Assembly (NCBI GenBank): GCA_963791045.1
Contig: CAWBQK010000008.1
Location: 1 to 15,247 of the forward strand
Source: Candidatus Latescibacterota bacterium
GTDB taxonomy: Bacteria > Krumholzibacteriota > Krumholzibacteriia > WVZY01
DNA: 15,247 nt
Reading direction: 5' to 3'
A model generated the notes under the pieces. The model did not search any database and was not told the origin of the DNA. It saw only the letters and a program-made list of their open reading frames with translations. A program made the position numbers and the translations under genes. This document shows positions 1 to 6,905 of this stretch, piece after piece; within the stretch, counting starts at the first letter, position 1; the number at the start of each line of letters is the position of its first letter.

Positions 1-11
1 AGGAGCGGGTC

Positions 12-716
12 ATGAAGTGCCGCCAGGCAAAGAACCTGATTTTTGATCACATCGACGGCATGATATCGGAGCCTGACAGAGTCGCGCTCGAGCGTCATTT
101 GAACCAATGCGGTGATTGCGAATCGATGGCGTCCAGTCTTTCCCAGAGTCTTGATCTTCTGCATAAGCTTCCGAGTGTCGAACCCAGCGAAAATTTTAAT
201 TGGAAAGTCAGACTGCGCCTTCTCAAAGAAAAGAACGCGCTTCGAGACGGAATGGAAACCGAGCGTCAGTGGTACAGGGCGTGGAATACGCGTTTTACCG
301 TCAGTGCGATCTCCGCACTCGCCATGGTGCTCGTCGCCGGTACCGTTTTGATGAAATCATCAATTCGGCCCGGAGCGGACACGGCGCCGTTCGAGCTTCG
401 GCCCGATGCGATGTCTTCCGTCGCGGCTAAACAAACTACGCCGCCTCCGACACAAACCGCGCGCTCGAATACTTTCGATCCACGTATGTTCACCGGTCCG
501 ACCGGTGTTGGCCCGCGTCCCGTCTCCCTGGGCGCCGCCAACACATCGGGAATTCCGATAGCGATCGAAGAATCGCCGCCGCCGGTACTCGATATAGACT
601 CGTTAAAGGCACGCTATCTCCGTTCGAGACAAGAGTATTACAGGGTTCGGCAGCTCGAGCAGCAAATCGACGTGCTCCAGTCCGAACTCAACAAGTGCAA
701 CGTGGAGAAGGATTAG
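12..716 (+). CDS. Zinc-binding (ZAS / zf-HC2) membrane-anchored anti-sigma factor, RsiW/RseA-like
   Basis: N-terminus MKC...HLNQCGDC carries the HxxxCxxC ZAS motif. One hydrophobic segment (FTVSAISALAMVLVAGTVLM) is followed by a Pro/Thr-rich region and a C-terminal coiled coil. AGGAG RBS at 1-5. Confidence 0.85.
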   Translation: MKCRQAKNLIFDHIDGMISEPDRVALERHLNQCGDCESMASSLSQSLDLLHKLPSVEPSENFNWKVRLRLLKEKNALRDGMETERQWYRAWNTRFTVSAISALAMVLVAGTVLMKSSIRPGADTAPFELRPDAMSSVAAKQTTPPPTQTARSNTFDPRMFTGPTGVGPRPVSLGAANTSGIPIAIEESPPPVLDIDSLKARYLRSRQEYYRVRQLEQQIDVLQSELNKCNVEKD

Positions 717-774
717 TCGAATAAACGCGCCCTGGCCGGGATCAACCCCGGACCTGGAGACAACAAACAAACAC

Positions 775-823
775 ATCGCACGGGTTGATCCCAAAGTCAT
801 TGGGGCACCGTGCGATTTTCTTT
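775..823 (+). terminator. Putative intrinsic terminator downstream of the anti-sigma gene
   Basis: ATCGCACGG (775-783) pairs with CCGTGCGAT (808-816). Inner stem TG-a-TCCCAA (786-794) / TTGGGGCA (800-807). Followed by TTTCTTT (817-823). Confidence 0.7.
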
Positions 824-850
824 GCCCCGGGGTTCAGATAAGCCTAGAAT
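822..850 (+). promoter_or_regulatory. Putative sigma-70 promoter for the DUF4837-like gene
   Basis: TTGCCC (822-827)-N17-TAGAAT (845-850), 9 nt before ATG 860. No Shine-Dalgarno. Confidence 0.55.
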
Positions 851-859
851 ACAATCGTT

Positions 860-1879
860 ATGAAAAACTTAAAGCAAATAACAGCCTGCCTGCTCGCCGC
901 GCTACTCATTGTGTCGGCCGGGTGTATCGAGATGGAAATTCCGCCCGCGGGGTCTTACTCGGAAGTTCTTCTTGTCTCCGAGGAGGGGGCGCAGGATCCT
1001 CTCGCCCGCGAATTGGAACCCGAACTCGCCCGCACCCTCGATTTCTATATCGGTACGGAGACTCAGTTCAAGGTCAAGCATGTCAGGGCGGCGGATCTTT
1101 ACGAAGTGCCCACATCAAAGAACATCCTCGTCTGTGGTGTCGCCGACCCCCTGACAGATGTGGGGCGGCAGATCATGGGACAGTTGGGGGCCACCGCCGT
1201 GGAACGAGTTCAGCAGGGAGAGGCGAACATATTCAAGCGGGAGAATCTCCCCGGAGCGGGTCAGATGACGTTAATCGTTACGGCGCGGTCACGAAATGAA
1301 TTGGGCGACCTTATTGACTCCCGTGGAGATGATATCGTCGAGGCACTCGAGGCGAGCTGCCGCAGTCGTCTACGCCGCTACATGCTCGATCGCAAGAACG
1401 CCGCGCTGACAAAACGTCTTTTCGAGACATACGGGTTTGTTCTCGAGGTGCCGACCTTTTACAAGATGCAAAGCGAAGAGGTGACGCCACCCGGGATAGA
1501 ACTCATTCGCGACACACCCGCGCGGGTGCTTGGAGTCTTTTGGCTCGACTGGAAAGAAGAGCCGACACTCGCCGATTCCACGGCGCTTTTCGACGCGCGT
1601 GCGGCGTATGTTTGGGATCGTTATGATGGCGATGAGATGGATTCCACGCGTGTGACCTTCGAGTATTCAAAACTTGATAAGTACCCCGCCATCGAAATGT
1701 CGGGTTACTGGAGCAGTTCGAGTTCGATCGCCGGTGGTTTTTATCGAACCTTCTTTGTGTTCGAGGAGCGTGAACGTCTCGTTTGGGCGATTGACCTGGT
1801 CGTGTTCGCGCCGGGAATGCCCAAGCATGTATATTTTCGTGAGCTTCAGGCTCTGGCGGAGACATTCAGATACGACTAG
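860..1879 (+). CDS. DUF4837-family lipoprotein
   Basis: Signal peptide MKNLKQITACLLAALLIVSAG-C with lipobox. The C-terminal pattern G.W.....GG.(F/Y)...VFAPG.PK..YFREL.AL..TF resembles DUF4837 proteins as I recall them. Confidence 0.7.
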   Translation: MKNLKQITACLLAALLIVSAGCIEMEIPPAGSYSEVLLVSEEGAQDPLARELEPELARTLDFYIGTETQFKVKHVRAADLYEVPTSKNILVCGVADPLTDVGRQIMGQLGATAVERVQQGEANIFKRENLPGAGQMTLIVTARSRNELGDLIDSRGDDIVEALEASCRSRLRRYMLDRKNAALTKRLFETYGFVLEVPTFYKMQSEEVTPPGIELIRDTPARVLGVFWLDWKEEPTLADSTALFDARAAYVWDRYDGDEMDSTRVTFEYSKLDKYPAIEMSGYWSSSSSIAGGFYRTFFVFEERERLVWAIDLVVFAPGMPKHVYFRELQALAETFRYD

Positions 1880-1894
1880 GCACGGGCCGGAATT

Positions 1895-1910
1895 TGGCAC
1901 GGTAAGTGCA
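1895..1910 (+). promoter_or_regulatory. Putative sigma-54 (RpoN) -24/-12 promoter
   Basis: TGGCACG-GTAA-GTGCA versus consensus TGGCACG-N4-TTGCW: exact GG-N10-GC spacing and one mismatch. Intergenic and oriented toward the TPR gene. Confidence 0.6.
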
Positions 1911-1971
1911 TGGTTTTCATCGAATTGTGATTGATGGCAGACTTTGCGGCACCTTCTTGTAACGCTCGCTG

Positions 1972-1984
1972 AATCAGCGAGTTA
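1972..1984 (+). promoter_or_regulatory. Putative IHF-binding site within an inverted repeat
   Basis: AATCAG-CGAG-TTA matches WATCAR-N4-TTR and overlaps the palindrome CTCGCTGA-A-TCAGCGAG (1965-1981). Confidence 0.35.
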
Positions 1985-2089
1985 GAGAGGTGGCGCCCCG
2001 GCGGGAGGGCATGTTCGCGGTCTTCGGGGTTCGTTCTTGAGGGCTGCCTGTGCAAAAAGACCGTTCGCCGGATATCGCGCGGGAACACA

Positions 2090-3130
2090 ATGAAAAAAAC
2101 ACGCGACAAGGATACGCAGAACCTCGACGAATTGTTTGAAAAGTACCGGCAAGCACCGGACAGTTTTGTTTTTGTCCCGCTCGCCGACGCCTGCAGAAAA
2201 ACCGGCCAGGTTCAGGAGGCCCTCGAAATTTGTGAAAAGGGCGTCTCTCGACATCCCGGTTACGCAAGCGGTCATGTCGTCAAAGGGAAATGCCTGTTCG
2301 ATCTGGGGAACCGCAAGGAAGCCCGGCGTGTGTTTCAGCGTGTGTTGACTCTCGACGAGAACAATCTCGTTGCTCTCAAGTTTCTCGGGACCATCGAAGC
2401 GGACGAAGGAAATCTCGATACCGCCCAAAAACACCTCCAGCAGATTCTCGCCCTCGATCCGGACAACAAGGAAATCCGGCAGATTCTCCGGCTCGTCGAA
2501 GAGCAGGAACAGATCCAACGAAACAGTGACGACGACGACAGCGATCCGGAAATGGACGAGGTCGACGAGATTCTCGAAACCGTTGCCCCCGAATTGCCGG
2601 ACCCGGTCGTGAAGAATGATGCTGTTGTTTCGAAGGACGAACTCGAAACGTCGGATGAGCTCGCTTCGATCACTCTGGCCGATATTTTTGCTTCGCAAGG
2701 TTACGCAAAGAAAGCGGAAAAGATTTACCGCGAAGTTCTCCGCAAACAACCGGAAAGCGACCTTGTTCGACGCAAGCTCGCGGCGCTTTCCGGAGAGCCC
2801 CTTGATGACCCGGTTGCGGTGGACATCGAGGTGCCCGTCGACAGTCCGGAACCCGAAATGCAGGACGAACCCGTCGACGAGATGATCGATATCGTAGCGG
2901 CCTCGGACCTCGAAGAATGTACCGCAAACGAGATTCCGGTCGAAAAAACACCGGTCGAGTCCTCCTCCAAACCCCCGAAGAAATCCAAGAAATCCAAACG
3001 GGCCAAACGCCGCGCTCAAAAAAAAAGCGTCTCAGCGCCCCCTCCTCAACCGGATGACTCACGTCCCGAAATAGACGCGGGCTCCAGCCTCAACCATTTC
3101 CGGCAGTGGGTTAAACGCGCCCAGAACTAA
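2090..3130 (+). CDS. Tetratricopeptide repeat protein (cytoplasmic) with acidic linkers
   Basis: About three N-terminal TPRs (VPLADACRKTGQVQEALEICEKG...; GKCLFDLGNRKEARRVFQRVLTLD...; LGTIEADEGNLDTAQKHLQQILALDPDN), Asp/Glu-rich linkers, an isolated TPR (TLADIFASQGYAKKAEKIYREVL), a Lys-rich patch and a terminal helix LNHFRQWVKR. Confidence 0.8.
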   Translation: MKKTRDKDTQNLDELFEKYRQAPDSFVFVPLADACRKTGQVQEALEICEKGVSRHPGYASGHVVKGKCLFDLGNRKEARRVFQRVLTLDENNLVALKFLGTIEADEGNLDTAQKHLQQILALDPDNKEIRQILRLVEEQEQIQRNSDDDDSDPEMDEVDEILETVAPELPDPVVKNDAVVSKDELETSDELASITLADIFASQGYAKKAEKIYREVLRKQPESDLVRRKLAALSGEPLDDPVAVDIEVPVDSPEPEMQDEPVDEMIDIVAASDLEECTANEIPVEKTPVESSSKPPKKSKKSKRAKRRAQKKSVSAPPPQPDDSRPEIDAGSSLNHFRQWVKRAQN

Positions 3131-3135
3131 GCCCC

Positions 3136-3175
3136 GACGAAATTTCGTCAATTCAGTCCATTTTTGTTGTATAAT
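3136..3175 (+). promoter_or_regulatory. Putative efp promoter: perfect -10 box plus upstream palindrome
   Basis: TATAAT at 3170-3175 in an AT-rich intergenic patch. The perfect 14-bp palindrome GACGAAATTTCGTC (3136-3149) overlaps the expected -35 position, which is non-consensus. Confidence 0.5.
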
Positions 3176-3267
3176 CGCCGGCTGATTCTTAGAATCCAGC
3201 CAGACGGGACCGGATAGCATCCGGGACGGCCGGATGACGGCGATTGACATCAAAGGAGAAAGCGCGG

Positions 3268-3825
3268 ATGGCCGACACTAGTGATTTTCGCAATGGATTT
3301 ATTATGAGCGTGTCCGGCGAGTACTGGATCATTGTTGAGTTCCAGCACGTGAAGCCCGGCAAGGGCGGCGCGTTCGTCCGGACAAAATTAAAAAACCTCA
3401 TTACGGGTCAGGTAAAAGAAAACACCTTCCGCTCCGGAGAGCGTGTTGAAGAGGTGCGCGTTGAAAAGCGCTCCTACCAGTATCTCTACGAGAGCGGGGG
3501 TATGTACTACATGATGGACAAGAATACTTACGACCAGATACCGCTCGATGAGAGGATGCTAAAAGACGCGAAGGACTATCTCAGGGAAAACATGGATGTC
3601 GACATCTTTATGGATGGGGAGACATCGCTTCTCGTCGAGATCCCGAACTTTGTCGAGCTTGCGGTAAAAGAAACCGAGCCAGGCGTGAAGGGTGACACCG
3701 CTCAGGGCGCGTCGAAACCGGCAACGATGGAAACGGGGCTCGTCGTCCATGTGCCGCTTTTTGTAAACGAAGGTGATATAATCCGGGTCGATACCCGGAC
3801 GGGGAAGTATGTTACGCGGGTCTGA
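3268..3825 (+). CDS. efp: Translation elongation factor P
   Basis: Motifs HVKPGKGGAFVRTKLKN, TEPGVKGDTA and KPATMETGLVVHVPLFVNEGD..RVDTRTGKYV. Start moved from TTG 3244 to ATG 3268, which follows RBS AAAGGAG (3252-3258). Confidence 0.97.
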   Translation: MADTSDFRNGFIMSVSGEYWIIVEFQHVKPGKGGAFVRTKLKNLITGQVKENTFRSGERVEEVRVEKRSYQYLYESGGMYYMMDKNTYDQIPLDERMLKDAKDYLRENMDVDIFMDGETSLLVEIPNFVELAVKETEPGVKGDTAQGASKPATMETGLVVHVPLFVNEGDIIRVDTRTGKYVTRV

Positions 3826-3850
3826 TCGATCATTTCGATGAGGAGAACAA

Positions 3851-4318
3851 ATGCGTAAAGAAGAAATAGTCGAACTGATCCGTCTCGTTGAAGAAAGCAA
3901 GATCAACGAGCTTGAAATCTGCGAGGGGCGCAACAAAATCCGGATCTCAAAGGGTCTCACGGTCGCCGGCGCCGTGCCGAGTTATGTTGCCAACCCGGTG
4001 GTGGGGGGGGCTAACGCCGACCAGGCGGTCGGCGAGCAGCCAGGGGCGGCCCAGGCCCCGCCCGAACTGGCATCAAACTTGAAAGAGGTAACATCACCAA
4101 TGGTAGGAACTTTCTACCGAGCACCCGCCCCGGACGCGGATCCATTCGTGGATGTCGGTCAGACCGTTGAAGTTGGCCAGACGGTATGCATCGTCGAAGC
4201 CATGAAACTTATGAACGAGATCGGCGCGGATATCCGGGGAACGGTAAAGGAGGTGCTCGTAGAGAACGGCCAGCCTGTCGAATTCGGCCAGGCGCTGTTT
4301 CTCGTTGAAATAACATAA
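3851..4318 (+). CDS. accB: Acetyl-CoA carboxylase biotin carboxyl carrier protein
   Basis: [11 protein letters not shown] motif, EAMKLMNEI biotinylation motif, Ala/Pro linker. GAGGAG RBS. Confidence 0.97.
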   Translation: MRKEEIVELIRLVEESKINELEICEGRNKIRISKGLTVAGAVPSYVANPVVGGANADQAVGEQPGAAQAPPELASNLKEVTSPMVGTFYRAPAPDADPFVDVGQTVEVGQTVCIVEAMKLMNEIGADIRGTVKEVLVENGQPVEFGQALFLVEIT

Positions 4319-4337
4319 GTTACCGGGAGAGTGACGC

Positions 4338-5469
4338 ATGAAGATCAAGCAGCTGTTGGAGCAGATGGTCCAGCTCGGAGCCTCGGACCTCCACATCAAG
4401 CCGGGGATCCCACCGACCATCAGGTTGAACGGGAAACTCCAGCGGCTCGACTTCCCCGCCCCGTCACCAAAGGCCACCGAAGAGATCGCCAAACAGATCC
4501 TGACCCCCGTCCAGCGTGAGAAGTTCGAAAGTACCAGAGAAGTGGATTTTGCATTCGGAGTGACCGGTCTTGCACGCTTCCGGGCGAATTTCTATGTCCA
4601 GCGGAACACAATCGCCATGGTTTTCAGGCATGTTCCGGTGACAATCCGGTCCACCGAAGAGCTCGATCTGCCTCCGGTGATCAGCGAGCTGGCGCTTAGG
4701 CCTCGCGGCCTGATCCTTGTCACGGGCACCGTCGGCAGCGGAAAATCGACGACTCTCGCGTCGATGGTCAAGACGATAAACCAGAATTTGGCTACGTCAA
4801 TCATCACGATTGAGGATCCGATCGAATTCCTGCACAGGGATGAAAAAAGCATCATCAACCAGCGGGAGGTCGGGAGCGACACGGCGTCGTACAACGATGC
4901 GCTGCAAACACGTTCTGCGCCAGGATCCCGACGTTATCCTGATCGGTGAAATCCGTGATCGCGAAACCATGGAAATCGCGCTCAAGGCGGCGGATACCGG
5001 GCATCTGGTTTTGAGCACGCTCCACACGGTTGACGCGACACAGACGGTTAACCGAATCATCACATTTTTTCCTCCACATCAGCACCAGGAAATCCGGTAC
5101 CTTCTTGCCGCGACGGTTCAGTCGGTTATCTGCCAGCGGCTCCTGCCGCGCGCGGATGGAAGCGGCATGGTCCCGGCGGTCGAAGTTATGGTCGCGACCG
5201 GTACAATCCGTGAGTGCATCATCAACCCCGAAAAGACACCCCTCATAGCCCAATCGATACGTGAGGGCGTGGTCCAGCACAAGATGCAGGCGTTCGACCA
5301 GGCGCTGATGAACCTGTATCGAAAGGGAACGATCACACTCGAAGACGCGCTGCGGGCGAGCACCAACCCCCACGAGCTCACACTCAGGCTCAAAGGGATC
5401 GAGGCGACCTCGGACAAGTCATGGGAGGGTTTCGAGAACAAGGAAGAAGAACCGGCCGCCCAGTCGTAA
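4338..5469 (+). CDS. pilT: Type IV pilus retraction ATPase, PilT/PilU family (frameshifted near 4905; about 376 aa if repaired)
   Basis: First frame has ASDLHI, Walker [10 protein letters not shown] and Asp box TIEDPIE. The +1 frame continues with [18 protein letters not shown] (Walker B) and His box [11 protein letters not shown]. Removing one base at about 4905 (GCG CTG [C] AAA CAC) joins the two ORFs. Confidence 0.9.
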
Positions 5470-5476
5470 ATCGGGG

Positions 5477-5505
5477 TTTTCAGCGCGGCTCTCGTGTGTT
5501 AAGTT
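5477..5505 (+). promoter_or_regulatory. Putative extended -10 promoter for accC (leaderless)
   Basis: TTTTCA (5477-5482)-N17-TAAGTT (5500-5505) with TGTG at 5495-5498. ATG follows 7 nt after the -10 box. No SD. Confidence 0.45.
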
Positions 5506-5512
5506 TTCCGGC

Positions 5513-6858
5513 ATGTTCAAGAAGATTCTCGTAGCCAACCGCGGTGAAATCGCGCTGCGCGTGGTGCGCGCGTGCCGGGAGATGGGCATAAGCTCGGTCG
5601 CCGTCCACAGCGTCGTTGACTCGGACGCCCTTCACGTAAAGTTCGCCGATGAAGCGATTTGCATCGGTCCGAACCCCGCAGGGAGAGCTACCTCAATTTT
5701 AACCGAATCCTCTCCGCCGCCGAAATTACGGGCGCGGACGCTATCCATCCGGGGTATGGGTTTCTCGCCGAAAACTCCGAATTTGCGGAGATGTGCGAAA
5801 GCTGCAATATCACATGGATCGGCCCGTCCCCCAAAGCCATTCTGGAATTGGGCAACAAGTCCGTGGCGAAGCGGATGATGGTCGACGGGGGTGTCCCCGT
5901 AATCCCGGGTTCCGATGGCCCCGTTGAGACCGAGGAAGAGGCTCTGCGCGAGGCTGAGCGAATCGGGTACCCCGTGATCATAAAAGCGTCTTGTGGGGGC
6001 GGTGGTAAGGGTATGCGAATCGCCGAAGATCCCGACGCTCTGGTGAACAACATCCTGATCGCTCGGGCCGAAGCTGAAACCAGTTTCGGGGACGCATCGG
6101 TCTACCTCGAACGATATCTCACGAACCCTCGTCACGTTGAAGTTCAACTCATCGGTGATCGCCAGGGACACGTCGTCCATCTCGGTGAACGCGATTGTTC
6201 TGTTCAGCGGCGCCACCAGAAACTCATCGAGGAATCGCCGTGTGTCGCGCTCAGTGACGATTTGCGGAGGCGAATCCACGAAACCGCCGTGAAGGGAGCC
6301 CAGGCGATCGGGTATCACTCCGCGGGAACGATGGAGTTTCTCGTCGAAGACGAAGAGTTTTTCTTTATGGAAATGAACACACGGATTCAGGTCGAACATC
6401 CCGTCTCCGAAATGGTTACGGGCCGGGACCTGATCAAGGAACAGATATCGGTGGCGTTCGGTGAACCTCTGTCGCTCCGACAGGAAGATATCGAATTCAG
6501 AGGACACGCGATTGAATGCCGGGTCAACGCGGAAGATCCGACGAGAGATTTTGCGCCGTCACCGGGAGTCGTGTCGTTCTTTCATCTCCCGGGTGGCGCC
6601 GGTGTCAGAGTGGATTCGCATGTATACCAGGGCTACGAGATTTCTCCGTACTACGATTCAATGATTGCGAAAATTATTTGTCATGGCCCCACACGGAGTG
6701 AGGCGATCGCACGGATGAAGCGAGCGCTCGAAGAGTGCGTCATCGATGGTGTTCATACGACGCTCGTTTTTCAACAGGCGATTCTGCGGGACGCGAAATT
6801 CCTGAGCGCGGACTTCAGTACGCGATTTCTTGAAAGCTTCGATTGGGACGGCAAATAA
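5513..6858 (+). CDS. accC: Acetyl-CoA carboxylase biotin carboxylase subunit (frameshifted near 5680; about 448 aa if repaired)
   Basis: First frame reads [21 protein letters not shown]...ADEAICIGP. The -1 frame continues [59 protein letters not shown]. One base is missing in CCCCGCAGGG (5674-5683). Confidence 0.93.
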
Positions 6859-6881
6859 AGAGTGGCAGTTCGACGGAATGG

Positions 6882-6890
6882 TGTTAAAAT
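6882..6890 (+). promoter_or_regulatory. Putative extended -10 element for ftsK
   Basis: TG-T-TAAAAT, 15 nt upstream of ATG 6906. No SD. Confidence 0.4.
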
Positions 6891-6905
6891 TTCCCGCTAG
6901 CCCAT

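Noticed and set aside
700..760. Fluoride or ZTP riboswitch in the first intergenic region
   Set aside because: ATAAACGC is reminiscent of the fluoride aptamer, but its conserved GAUG...GCU(A/G)AUGAC elements are absent. The ZTP junction and P3 sequences are also absent.
1935..1948. Second sigma-54-like motif TGGCAGACTTTGCG
   Set aside because: GG-to-GC spacing is 8 nt rather than the required 10.
1982..3019. 345-aa minus-strand ORF, and similar long antisense ORFs at 5632-6507, 9192-9932, 11467-12342 and 14498-15106
   Set aside because: They lie opposite well-supported + strand genes and have no recognisable motifs. Such shadow ORFs are expected in GC-rich DNA.
3244..3267. TTG start for efp, and TTGACA as a -35 box
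   Set aside because: ATG 3268 has a strong SD and gives the normal EF-P N-terminus. No -10 box lies 16-18 nt after the TTGACA.
4003..4010. G8 run in accB (also the A9 run at 3018-3026 in the TPR gene) as phase-variation tracts
   Set aside because: Both genes stay in frame through to their expected C-termini, the runs fall in linkers, and accB is essential.
4810..4949. Two separate pilT-like genes (203 aa and 219 aa), or programmed frameshifting
   Set aside because: The halves are complementary parts of one ATPase domain, and no slippery sequence is visible.
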